Origin: Octopus sinensis
Lineage: Eukaryota
Direction: 5' to 3'
Assembly: GCF_006345805.1 (NCBI RefSeq)
Contig: NC_043004.1
Span: 14,384,001 to 14,448,000, forward strand
Length of the DNA stretch: 64,000 nucleotides
Shown here piece by piece: positions 11,464-24,460 of this stretch (its first letter is position 1; every line of letters starts with the position of its first letter). The notes under the pieces were generated by a model. The model searched no databases. It saw only the letters and a program-made list of their open reading frames with translations, and was not told where the DNA came from. A program made the translations under genes and the position numbers.

Positions 11464-14167
11464 TCATGTATATACCTCCTGGCTGTTGAGATTATAACAC
11501 CTCGTAAACAATGTTCCTTGTTTTTCCTTGTGGAGCATATAAAAAAGGTTTCTTTCGGTTCCTACTCTTGAGCAGCCAACATACAGTTGCCCATGCGAGA
11601 AGCAGGGCTCTTCCAAGAGAAGACCAGCTACAGAGAGGGTTTGACCCTGAGATTTGTTAATGGACATGGCAGAGCTGACACGAAGGGGGAATTGCAGTCT
11701 TCTGAATGTAAATGGAATTTCTGCTCCTGATGGAGTAACAGGAATTCTTGGAATAAAGACGTCATCATCTTTTCCACATCCAGAAAGAATGATCGCCTCG
11801 ATAACGTGTGACATCATTTTCTTTATCACCAGTCGTGTTCCATTGCAAAGTCTTGGTGGTTCCAGATTTCGGAGTAGCATTACAAGAGTTCCAACTTTAA
11901 GTGCTAATATGTGTGGAGGTAGTGAAGGAGGCTCCAGTGAATTGAGAAATTCAGGAGGATAGTTCACAACTTCATTTATATCTGGAATTGTATCAACAGA
12001 CTTGTAGTGCCGGGAAGATAATGCATTAGCTGTTGATTAATTTTGTTAACAGCAACGTTTTTTGGAGCTAATATTGCTCTTTCACACAGCCAATTGTGAT
12101 TTTGGTAGTTTTGTGTGAAGTTGGGAAAGACTTCGTTTTTTGAGGTCATCTACAGAATTAACAACAGAGGAAAATGACCACACTTCCATTTGTCCTGCAG
12201 TATCGAGAGAAATCGCCTTCACCAAGTGTCAAAATGTCCTGTGCAAACTTTGTGGACATTTGTCGCCGTGTAGCTGAGCTCTCATGTTAGTGGTGAGACT
12301 GAGGATTGTAACATGATGCCACAGGGTAGAGGACTTTAGGCTTGGACTTCATCTGCTCTAGTGCCTTTCGGAATGACAGGAAGAGTTTGCCTGAAATCAC
12401 TTGACAACAGAAGCGTTACACCTCCCATTGGAGCCTGACATTCTCGGATGTCTTTCAGGGCTCTATCTAATGCTTCAAAGCTCCCTTGTGAGCCATAGTG
12501 CACTCATCCCAGACAATTAGATGACACATTTTAAGTACTTGTCCCTGATCTGAGCTTTTGTTGATGTTGCATGAAGGCATTTCTGATGCTGCTAAATTGA
12601 GAGGGAGTTTAAAAGTTGAGTATGCTGTCCTGCCACCGAGTAACAAAGTAGCTGCAATGCCAGAGGAGGCTACAGCTACTGCAATGTACTGATGCTGCCT
12701 AACTTCTGCAAGGAGAAACTTTGTAAAAATGTTTTTCCTATCTCTCCAGGAGCATCGAGGAAGAAGATTCGTCCATGGCATTGGCGTACACTGTTAAGAA
12801 TAGTTCTGTAGGCCTGCAGCTGGTCCGGAAGTAATTTAGGCTCATTTTCAACAATGTACTTTCAAAGCGCTTGAGTGTCGTAGGTTGTTTCACGAATGAC
12901 AGCAGTGGGAAGGCTATTTGACCCTGACCTGAATGCTTGTGGCAGGCGATACGTCGACAATTCATTTCCACCCAGTTTAGCAATTCTGTCTTCAATGTCA
13001 ATGAGTGTTTTGTTATAGATTTCATTGCTGATACCCTCCATGTCAGGATAGAGCTGTTGAGCTTGGCGCTGAAAGTCTTCAGCCAGGTTGTCTCTATATT
13101 TGAGCCATAGAGTGGCCGGATCACACAGTTCGCATGCCTGTAGTAATACTGCAAATAGTGCCCTGAGACTTTTAGGTGATTGTGGTAAAGCAGCCTCTCC
13201 TAAAGTTGCATCCCATTGTGCACCATCTTCTAACAGACCTTGTCAATAGCAGGCTTCTCTCTATGTTGTGCAGACATGTCCATGAACGGTTTTAAGGCCT
13301 GGGAAGACCTTGGCCCTCTGACCTCATGCAGTAGTATACGAAGGTAGAAGCACTCTTGTTGAGTGGGATGCACTATGTATACTCGCCCAAGGCAAGTGTG
13401 AAACTTAATGCCAGGGTATCCATGAACATTTTCACCTGCTTTCCGTGGGGCCCATTTTTTTTTTCATTCCAAGTGTAGTACGATGAAATCTGTGGATACA
13501 GCAAGGTTTGAGCGAATGGATCCACTTGACAAAGCTTTAAGAATGCAGTGAGTGTGCTATCCCTTGATTCCTCTGCCAACAGAGAAGCATTAGCATCGGT
13601 GAAGTACACTCTTTGATCATTTTCCAGGTGCACTGCAAGCTGTTGAATGGCGGGTTGTCGTTGGTGAATTGGAAAGCCAAAGATGCGCCAGAAAGCCTCG
13701 TTGTGACTTATGTACCGTCCCACCTGATAATACGTCACCTCATCCTGGCAGTATTCTTGTTGAAGTCCAAACATTGCAGCGTCAGACCCCTTGTTTACAT
13801 ATTTGCAAATGTACTTGATGGATTATACGGAGTTGCAAAATTCAACGTTGTTGTGGGCATTGAAAGTCTTTGACAGGAGTGGGCAGTATGGAATAATATA
13901 TCTATTATCAATATCGGGCAGTCCGATAGTTGCTGTGAAACCTCCGTCTTCTGGTTTTCTGCGTCTGTTTGATGGATACCCATCAGCACCTGTCTGGGTT
14001 TCTTGTAGGAACCTCCTTGAAAATCTTTTTGAACATATGCTATCCTTGAAGCATTGTGAGTTTATGTTGAATCCACACCCACATGGACCATGTACTATGT
14101 TTGCATTAACTATTTCGTATAGTTCTTTGTCTAAAGCTGGATCAGGAAGCTCTGCAGAGATTATGTT
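11464..14167 (-). mobile_element. Helitron RepHel pseudogene (C-terminal Rep region + PIF1-like helicase), multiply frameshifted
   Basis: IVHGPCG, YPSNRRR..EDGG, DNRYIIPY, YQVGRYISHNEA, LAVHLEN, FFLDAPGEIGKTF, AVASSGIAATLL.GGRTA, WDECTM, CNGTRL, QFPLRV..AMSINKSQGQTL, GQLYVGCSRV. The HUH motif region is absent. Confidence 0.92.
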
Positions 14168-14181
14168 GTATACATATACAG

Positions 14182-14213
<32 letters not shown>

Positions 14214-14292
14214 CTATATATATATATACATAGATGCAAACATAGATATATATGTGTATACATACACAGACACACACACACACATATATATA

Positions 14293-15316
14293 TCTATATA
14301 TATAAAACTGAGAATGTGTGTGTGTGTGTCTGTCTGTCTGTGTGTTTCCCTAAAACTTGAGAACTACACAACCAATTTCATTCAAACTTTACACATGCTT
14401 TACTTAGGGTCCATGTAGTTTCATGGGCAAAAAAATGTTCAACTTCTTGCCTAGAGCGAGCCCATAGCAATATCATATCTTCTCCACTATTTCAGTATTA
14501 CGTGTTAAAAGTGAAACAAAAACATTTCTCTATTTTATGTCAGATGCTTTTACTTTAACAATAAAAATAATAATAACAATTGAACTATATGTAGTAAGTA
14601 ATAATTAAAATCAAACTAAAGTATAATATAATCGTAACATAACAAAAGTAAAAATAGCAATTAGTATAAAATTGCATCAATGACTTGAACTTGAATAAGT
14701 GGTTTCACATGAATGGGAATAAATTAAAAATAAAATTAGCGTGCAGAAATGGAATAGTCCAGATGGATAATAAAAAAATAAATTAAAGAAAAGACTATTG
14801 ACTATAATGTAGAAGAAAAAGAAGATTTGAACACCTGGAGGAAAGCACCATCGAAAAGTGTCTTGGTGCGACTATGAAATATATTTAACCAGAGGCGGTA
14901 AATTTGCCACAATAGAAGTAAGGTTCGAGTCAATGGAGCGTGCAAGGGAATACTCGACTCGAACTTGCAAAGTGGAAATATTTCATTTTTACCTTTATAT
15001 CTGGGACGTAGGACGTGCCGGATAAAAATCAAAAATTCCCCCCCATAAGTTGAGGTAGGCTGGATTGTAGCCACACTTCCATACAAGAGGGAGGACAAGA
15101 TACAATTGATCGAAATTGCAAGAGACGGGCTTACAATTCCAGTCTGTTACATATTTTGAGTATTGTTATCACTAGTGATATCAATATATAACTTTGTATT
15201 TTGTATTTTATGTGTAGATGTATATATATAGATGTACATGTAATATGTACACATATATATACACATATATACATGCACTAGCACTAGGACCCGGCAACGA
15301 CAGGTCATAATGCTAG
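14293..15316 (+). mobile_element. Non-autonomous Helitron (~1.02 kb)
   Basis: A|TCTATATATATAAAA 5' end, (GT)/(GTCT) microsatellite near the 5' end, subterminal hairpin GACCCGGCAACGACAGGTC (15288-15306), and CTAG|T 3' end. Confidence 0.85.
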
Positions 15317-15671
15317 TATATATATATAAATATATAAAATATGATTTTTTTTACGTATGTCCATTGAATTCGACCAATTGATTAAACATTTACTTGTTTA
15401 AAGCAAATGTCATTCTCTCATTATATTATTTCAGTGTACTGGACTGTTACTCTCATTTAGTACCTCAAACGTAATTTTCTAAATTCACATTTACAATTGC
15501 ATTATTCGTTGACGTGTGAAAAAAAAATATTATGAAAACTGCTAACGGCAATGGCGCTGCAAATATCATGTTACATATATACGTGCATACTCATACATAC
15601 GCATACATACATACATATATACACATACCGCCATATATTCATACATGTAAGATGCATGTACGCATTTACCT

Positions 15672-15703
15672 CTGTCTATCTATCTATCTATCTATCTATC
15701 TAC

Positions 15704-15771
<68 letters not shown>
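15672..15771. repeat. (CTAT)n tetranucleotide microsatellite
   Basis: Directly visible. Confidence 0.95.
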
Positions 15772-17607
15772 TATGGTAGTACTTTTGTGTGCGTGTATGT
15801 GTTTCTATGCATTTCTGAGAATGTATGAGCTGTATGGTGAAACACAATATACACTTTATAGATAGTATGTCCTTATCTACATTCAGAGAGCTAGTGGAAG
15901 ATCGAAACACAGAATGCCATAACGCTCACGGGTACATCCAGATTATTGAATGAATTCTACTAAGTTGATTTTCATAAGATTGGTTGTTATTTTGCTGATA
16001 TGTAATCTGTTGGTGTTCAACAATTACCGTAAACATTTCATCTACGACTATAATATTTTCATTTAGAAAATATCTAAAACTACATCATCCAAAGTTTTAC
16101 GAATTGCTTCCGAAGTGAGTAACGTCTGATTTGTACAAGATTTCGCTTCTATTTCTTCTAAATAGAAAACATCTTATAGAATCTATCTCGCTGATCGAAG
16201 TGTTTATTAAGGGGCTGACACAGAGTAAGACACGTACGTTGCGGATAAATCTTGGGAAACGTTTTATGTTGTTTGCAAGTTGAGAGATGATGATAACGTT
16301 AAAGCCGAATCAGATATGGAAGTAAATGCCTGAAATTTACTGATTGACGCCTGTTGGTGACGGATGAGTCTTGTTTTGTATGTGGTCTCACGTATCTGCA
16401 AAGCAGAGTCGCAGGATTGGTATGCTGATATAAATTTAAACTGAGATGTGTTGGGATTTCATTACTTATATACATTGAAGTATTTGAAAAATTAGTGTTT
16501 TAGTGCTTCACACATCAATAATATTTCTGATACTTTTTACTTTAGTAATAGCATAAATATGTAAGGAAGCCGTGAAAATATTGTAAAGCTCGAAATTCAT
16601 TGATGCTTTTTTTTTTAAGAATTTAGTTGTGTTCACTATAAAATGCGAGATAAAAGATCGATCCTTAATAGGTTTATCTCCAAGACAATGCTCAGCCCTC
16701 CGACTACCTTTATATTTGTTTGCAGTACAACATGAGTCATTTACGTTGAAATACAACGTCTATAGCTAGACATAATTGCATAGATATTAATACTATATAT
16801 GTAATTCTGAATTTTAACACGGCATGGTTTCTTTCTACATTACACATTGTAAAGCAGAGTTTTTCTTTCCTGTCTGCAAAATGATCAATGAAACGACTAA
16901 CTTAATGTTCAAATGGTTTGTTAACATTTATCCTTTACTCTTTTCATCACTGAGGCCATACTGGGGCACAGACTTGTACGGTTTAGTCAAAAAAATAAAC
17001 GACAACACTACTTATTTTTTAAGCCTGTTAATTATTAAATCGATATCTTTGGACCAACTGCTATTCGTTGGGTATTTAGATTAAGCAACACCAATCGCTA
17101 ATCGATGATGGGATACAAACACAATCACAAAAAGGCAGACATACATGAATGCATACACAAACACACACACTCACACAGACGCAGACACACGCACGCACGC
17201 ATGCACGCACACGCGCATATTTGTATTAATAATTCAGTTATCTATAGTGCGACTAATAACTTGTAGAACTCAATATACATACGGTCCAGAACACTATGCT
17301 AGATGAGGAGAGAGAGGAATAGAAATAAAGACGTGACACTGAAAAAACAAAATGTTATGTAATGAACTTCCTTAGCTTACAACTATATTTGCTATAAGTT
17401 ATGGTTGAGAACCAAGAAAACATCTTATAGCTTCAGTAGAGCCTTGAATATGAAGTTCACTTTATTTGGGTAAGTTATATTTTCAGAAGATACAGGCGTT
17501 ATGTGTGAGAAAGTTTATGTTGATGGCTATGGAATGTTCGACATAGAACTTTCCAAGGCCATCAATATTAGTTACAAGAACGTAAACACACTAATACTGC
17601 TCATCAG

Positions 17608-17735
17608 GTCTCCCAAATCCTCTCACAAGACTTTGCTCAGACCGAGCTTATAGTAGAAGATTCTTTTCCAACGTGCCATGCAGTGTGACGGAACCCCCCA
17701 AAAATGTAGTTGGTTGGCGAACTTCTTACAACGTT
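17608..17735 (-). mobile_element. Diverged 5' half of the ~400-bp tRNA-derived SINE family
   Basis: Reverse complement resembles 43335-43480 (CCACATGG..CCCACTGC.TGGCA..TTGG...CTTCTACTATA..TCGG). Confidence 0.6.
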
Positions 17736-19329
17736 GCGTGTATCACTGTAGGAAGCAAATGGTCTAATTATATTCGCCAGACAATTTTAGATAAAAGCAG
17801 GCACCTTTAATTAGAATACATTTGAGTGAGAATTATATATTTGCAAGCGGTTTGGCTCATTTGAAAAAACAAAAACTGTAAATTATGTCATAGGATGTAT
17901 TTCTGAAAATATTTTAGGCAAATACTTGGCCGTTATTTTGATTGAAGCTGTACGAAATTATTATTAAATCCAACAGAAAATATTTCGTATTGTCAAACGT
18001 TGTAAAGATAAATGTACGGTGTTACTCGTGTAATCTTCAAAGTTTATTGCTCGAAATTTACTGCTCTGTCAAGCTTATGGTTATAACACAATATTTAAGA
18101 ACACCCATTGTGAAATTGAAAGAGTTTTTCTCATTATTTCATGACAAGTAAAAGTATAAAATCAATATAATATGATACATGTAATTTATGAGATTCACAT
18201 ATTAATGAGAAAACAATGATTATATAGTAATACAATTAGATGCAACAATAGTTGTCAATTACAACAGCCATCTGTTACCGAAACATAGAAAAAGCCCATC
18301 ATATGCTGCATTGTTTCAAAATAGGCATCTACAACGGCAAGAATTTGAAATACTGCTAATATAACTGTCATATCAATACCATGTTTCTACTTTTGTTTAT
18401 AGCAATGCGATTGATCATATCAAGATTAGTTAGATACAAAGGGTGAAAATATGCTGCGCATCAAAAGACTCTGCATCAGTGCAAAACAATTTTTGCAGTA
18501 GTTTACAATCATTGGAACGAAATAACTTTCTCATTGCATAAGCCAGCAGGGAAGAATGAGTAATAAACAAAAGTAGCAACAAGCTTGGCAACTTTAAACT
18601 CGGGAGACTATACCTGAAAATCATAAACCATGCAAAACAATAAACTAGAACGCCGACATAAAACTGTCGTTATTACATGTTGCTGCTTACAACCCAACAA
18701 GAAATTAGAAAGGAATACGAACGGCATAATACGAAGCGTAGCTAATAAAAAACCTTATGATCTTCCTGCTACGCAGCGCATGAGAGACACATAAATTCGT
18801 TTTAAGTATAGCAGTTAGAAAACCTTAAGGGCCATATTGATGAAAATACTATTGAAGCTTGTTATTTCTGTCACAATGGATGTGTTGTTTTGTAATTTCT
18901 ATTTCACAAGAAATAATAGCATTTGATACATAATTACACTTCATAAAAGAATGTAGACACTGAGTTATCATTGGAGAAGTCTGAGAGTAGTTAGTTGGTT
19001 AATTAGCCCCAGATCAGCTTGATCGAACAAATTCTACGACGAAATGTTTCTATAAATGACTATTGTGTGTCTGATTTTCATGTTTATCAGAAATGAATTA
19101 ATTTATATTTAGCATATTAGAAAACAGGGGCGTGCTGTTCGGTTGCTATGCACACTGTAGCGTAAAAGAAACGCGGGACGTGGGTGACTATGAAATATGT
19201 TTTAATTTCATTATGTCAGATATGGATTTTGATAAATTTGATAAGGTCAGTTTCTTGGATGCACGTTCACCACAGTCTATGGGTCGTTGTCACGTGTTCT
19301 GGTAGTGGGCGGATCAAACATATCGAGAC

Positions 19330-19790
19330 TGTAAGGTGTGATATGTTCAATACCGTGTATGCCCTCGCTGGGTGTTCCCTACGGCCATACACCGTCGGTA
19401 CATCCAGGGCAAAACATTTCACAAAAGCCATTGGCACCTGTGTCCAAACCCTGAGGAGTTATCGGCTTTGGGACCACCTATTTCAGCCGCCTCTTGATTC
19501 CATCCCACAGGTGTTCAATTGGGTTCAAATCCGGGCTGAGAGCTGGTCACGGCATGATTTTGATGTTGTACTGACACAGGAAGTCCATGGTGACCCTGGC
19601 CGTGTGGAAGGGAGCATTGTCCTGCTCGAACCTGTGGTAATGGTGACGCGCGAAGAGCACGATGTGAGATCTTAGGATCTGCTTAACGTAGCTGCGCTGT
19701 GATGCCATTTCATCTGCCTGTACCAACAAAAGTCTTTTTCGAGTCGAGAAAGCAATAAGATGCACACTTCGAGGCGTCTGTTTTTTGAAT
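19330..19790 (-). mobile_element. Tc1-like (DD34E) transposase C-terminal fragment
   Basis: FEQDNAPFHTARVTMDFL...IMP*PALSPDLNPIEHLWDGIKRRL (the W of WPA is mutated to a stop). Confidence 0.85.
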
Positions 19791-19854
19791 CTCGTTCAGC
19801 TCGTTCAGTTCGTGTGGAACAAACCTATCCGTTCTCTTGAATTCTCCAACTTTT

Positions 19855-19995
19855 TACAGGTTTCCAAAAATACTTGTGTGAGATGTTTGGAGTTCTGGTG
19901 AAAGTTTTCGAATCTTTGTTCTCGGATTTTCTTCAACCAAAACATTTAATCCATCATGCTGAACAACTGATTTTGGCCTAATTTCTTCTATTATC
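19855..19995 (-). mobile_element. mariner-like transposase HTH fragment
   Basis: RPKSVVQHDGLNVLVEENPRTKIRKLSPELQTSHTSI resembles the mariner GRP..D...L...VE.NPR...RELA..L..SH.T motif. Confidence 0.55.
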
Positions 19996-20436
19996 CACAG
20001 TGACAAATAATAGTAGCAATAAAATGATGAGGAAAACATTGATTTTGCTTTAGCCATATAAAATCTAGTCAAATTACACGACTGATCAGTATCGTTTCCA
20101 AACCTACTACATCAAGGATTACACTACTAAAAGTATATTTTACGCAGTAAAATACTACTGAAAATTGGAATTTTCCCTTTCAAGTTATACAATCTCTTAA
20201 CTATTTTAGAGACTGTATAACTTAAACACACTGGCAAACCTACTGACACACATATGTACGCACACACCCAAGCACGCACGCTCACGTACGCGCGCTCACA
20301 CACAAACAATATGCTGATATTCAAATATTGCTCTCACACTACACAATGGACACATACACGTAAGCACACAGAAATACATGTACACATGCCTAGAGTTATA
20401 TATATAGGTGTGCGTGAGCATATACATACATACATG

Positions 20437-20478
<42 letters not shown>

Positions 20479-20597
20479 CATACATACATATATATATACA
20501 TACATATATATATACATATATACATACATACATGCATACATATATATATATATATACATACATATATATATATATATGTATATATATATGTATATAT

Positions 20598-20643
<46 letters not shown>

Positions 20644-21112
20644 GTGTCTATGCGCGTACGCACATAAGTGCTTTTCAATAATTAATCAAGAGATGGCATT
20701 GACTCACTCAAACCTTCATATATGCATTTAAAATTTAATAAAAAGAAAATTGCCAAGATGTGCACAGAGACTTGTGCGGATTTATGATCGATTTGTTTAA
20801 CGCTTCCATTTTTGTTAATATATATTTATTCCTTGATGGAAAGCTCTTTCAGCGGCTTATTGGCATCTACTTCATTTCTATGTTTGGAAGTTTTATGCTA
20901 ACGAAAATGAAGGTCATCCATATACATTTCAATCAATTTCTATAACAGTAAGTTGCACTTAGGAAATAAAATATTCAAAATCATTTGCAACATTGTAGCA
21001 ACAAGAGCTTTCAAGTTATCATGCATGTGGGCTGAAGGATTTTCCTTCTATCTATGGCGAATATAGTCATTTTCTGTTGTCATCTTATCAGCTACAGAAA
21101 GAAACTGTGATA

Positions 21113-21349
21113 GGCGGCTGGCTGGCAGAAATGTTAGCACGCCGGGCGAAATGCGTAGCCGTATTTCGTCTGCCGTTACGTTCTGAGTTCAAATCCCGCC
21201 GAGGTCGACTTTGCCTTTCATCCTTTCGGGGTCGATAAATTAAGTACCAGTTACGCACTGGGGTCGATGTAATCGACTCAATCCGTTAGTCTGCCCTCGT
21301 TTGTCCCCTCTATGTTCAGCCCCTTGTGAGTAATAAAGAAACAGATATT
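21113..21349 (+). mobile_element. CORE-type tRNA-derived SINE, tail type 1, with 23-bp target-site duplication
   Basis: B box GAGTTCAAATCCC and CORE-like TGCCTTTCATCCTTTCGGGGTCGATAAATTAAGTACC. TSD AGCTACA(G/T)AAAGAAACTGTGATA at 21090-21112 and 21350-21372. Confidence 0.9.
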
Positions 21350-21500
21350 AGCTACATAAAGAAACTGTGATACCACCCGTTGGTTAAGTGATACCCTGCA
21401 CAATTAATTTTCGTAGATAATACGGTTAATTGTTGTAATTATTTCTTGGCCCATTGATTGTAATAATGATGTAGCATTCAAATGTAAATATTACTAATAC

Positions 21501-21716
21501 CTATTTCTTTACTACCCACAAGGGGATAAACACAGAGAGACCAACGGATTAAGTCGATTATATCGACCCCAGTGCGTAACTGGTTCTTATTTAATCGACC
21601 CCGAAAGGATGAAAGGCAAAGTCGACCTCGGCGGAATTTGAACTCAGAACGTAGCGGCAGACGAAATACCGCTGAGCATTTCGCCCGGCGTGCTAACGTT
21701 TCTGCCAGCTCACCGC
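21501..21716 (-). mobile_element. CORE-type SINE, tail type 1, inverted relative to 21113-21349
   Basis: Reverse complement aligns along its length with the preceding copy. Possible 10-bp TSD TTACT(A/T)ATAC. Confidence 0.9.
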
Positions 21717-22092
21717 TTACTTATACCGTATAATATTACTTATACCGTTTCACACAAATTATCGCTTATAGCTGGATGTTTAGCAAGTTGTCGCAAATTA
21801 AACGTAATATTTCGCTTAGAATATCTTTCAACAGTTAGACAAATATATGCAAATAGATGAATAAATAAACTAATATTCGAAGGATATCTAGTCGCTCATA
21901 CAGTTTAATGAACCAGAAGAATAGCAAAAGAGATCGAAGATTTTACTCTTTCTATGAACGTATGTATCGTGTATGATGCAGAAGCAAAAGTCTTAAACTT
22001 GAAAACATCGGCTGAAATTCCTTCAAATAAGAGAGAAATACAATTATTACATGCATATATATATAGAGAGAGACACACACACATATATACAT

Positions 22093-22139
<47 letters not shown>

Positions 22140-22431
22140 TACATGCATACATATATATACATATATATATACATATATATATATATATATGTATACCTAT
22201 ATATTTATCTATTTATCTATCTATATTATAGTTGGAATATTTCATTTCTTCGCGTTTTTTTCCGCTTCAGTTATTGATGTTTATTATATCGAACTTCTCT
22301 CATATTCTTCATTTAAATTAATCAATTAATTAATTAATTAATAACTAAATGTACATTAATGCAACTTCTTTATTAATACTTGCTGACTAAGCATATTTTT
22401 ACCAGATGCAGTAGAACTTTTGTAATAGATA

Positions 22432-22705
22432 CTAGCAGTATCGCCCGGCGTTGCTCGGGTTTGTAATGGAAATAACTATATAAGCATTTTTAGAGAGTTA
22501 CTTCCCTTATATAATAGCCAAAAGATGATTTTTTTTTAAAATCGTAGACTCATCGTAGACGCGCGCTAATATCCAGAAGAGCTCGATGTGAATCACGACT
22601 ATAAGATACCGCTTTTGGTTAAACTGCACCGCAAACTGCGGGAGTAGTTAGGAATCTAAATCGTAGGAGACAGACACCACACAACTTCTCTTTTATATAT
22701 ATAGA
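22432..22705 (-). mobile_element. Non-autonomous Helitron (274 bp)
   Basis: Minus strand: A|TCTATATATATAAAAGAG ... hairpin CCCGAGCAACGCCGGG ... CTAG|T. Same terminal grammar as 14293-15316. Confidence 0.85.
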
Positions 22706-23188
22706 TTTTCACTCCACGTCTATTAAAGACAAAATATAACGGTTTCAAATTTTGGCTTAAAGCCAGCAAATGTTTTAGGAGAACTAAGTCGATTACCTCG
22801 ATGAATTGCAAATTTGACCACAACATTAACTCAAATTAGAACGTTAAGAGCGGAAGAAGTGCCGCTAAACATTTCGTCAAACTCGATTACGGTCCAGGCA
22901 GCTCACAGCTTTAAAACAATATAATACAAACAACAATACCAGTCTTATTTGAAGATATATAGAGAATTGCAAAGCGTGGTCATTCGACGAACAGCAAAAG
23001 CAAATTTTTTTATATGGTATCGAGACATGAGATGGCAATGTTTTAAATTTTGTCCATCAAATAATTAAGTAGTAAGCATCTACTAAATGAGTGAAATGAA
23101 TTCCGATATACGTAGTATTCGAATTGGCCTTAGAGATATCCATAATGAGAGTTGCAATGTACTTAAGCATGCATATATGTCTGTCTGC

Positions 23189-23221
<33 letters not shown>

Positions 23222-23290
23222 TGTATGTATGTATGTATGTTGTATGTATGTATGTATGTATGTATGTATGTCTGTATGTATGTATGTATG

Positions 23291-23378
<88 letters not shown>

Positions 23379-23515
23379 ATATATATATATATATAAATTA
23401 ATATGTTCAATAAGAAATAATTATTTTCGAAATTTTTTCTCTTATGAGGTTTTTACGCTATCTACCTGACAATTTCTTGTTAAGTTTTCCTTATTAAGTA
23501 GTTGTCCTTAATTGC

Positions 23516-23549
<34 letters not shown>

Positions 23550-23880
23550 GGGAATATGACTCCAAACTTACAGGGAAAAATTAACAATATATATATATAT
23601 ATACTGTGACGAAATGTTTATCATTTCTATCACTAAAGAAGTACAAATTATTTACTAATTATATACTATTTATTTATTACTTTGTACTTTATTTAGTTCT
23701 AAGTAAATGTTTTATCGTATATTTAATTTTTTTTCTATATGGTATGATTTAATTATATCTTTGTTGAATTGCTACATGTTGGTTCTTCTTTAATTTATAT
23801 ACATACCTACACACACACACACACAAACACATATACACACACACACACACAAGCACAAACACACACGCACACACAAACAC

Positions 23881-23933
<53 letters not shown>

Positions 23934-24417
23934 CGAGGGGAAGTAAAAAAAATATCCTCATTTTCACCATAACATCTTTAGTATTTTCACACATGCGTGC
24001 TTATAGTTGGTACTATAGCTTGAGCCTGATCGCGCCATTTTCTTTCTCGCTATACTATATAAGCATGGTCGCTCCACTAGCAATGAGCATCAAAGAAGAA
24101 AAAAGAGCATTTTTCTGATTTCTTTGGTCGGAAGGTGTGTCTGGTGCTGAAATTGATCGGAAGCTTTTAGCACAATACGGGGACAGTGCACTACCGCGTA
24201 GAAATTTAAAAGCAGCCTGACAAGCGTGACTTCCACCACTGACGAGAAGATTCAGCAAGCTCGGGAGTATAGCCTGAAAGAAAAAAGGCGCGATCAGATT
24301 TAAACTTCGACCAAATGACCCCATAATAATACCAACTATAAGCAATGATAAAGATATGTTATGGTGTTAAAAGATATGTTATGGTGATAAAGATATGTTA
24401 TTTTTTACTTCCCCTCG
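23934..24417 (+). mobile_element. Internally deleted mariner (484 bp) with TIRs and TA TSD
   Basis: TA|CGAGGGGAAGTAAAAAA ... TTTTTTACTTCCCCTCG|TA. Residual transposase N-terminus MSIKEEKRAFF*FLWSEGVSGAEIDRKLLAQYGDSALPR. Confidence 0.9.
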
Positions 24418-24426
24418 TATATATAT

Positions 24427-24459
<33 letters not shown>

Positions 24460-24460
<1 letters not shown>

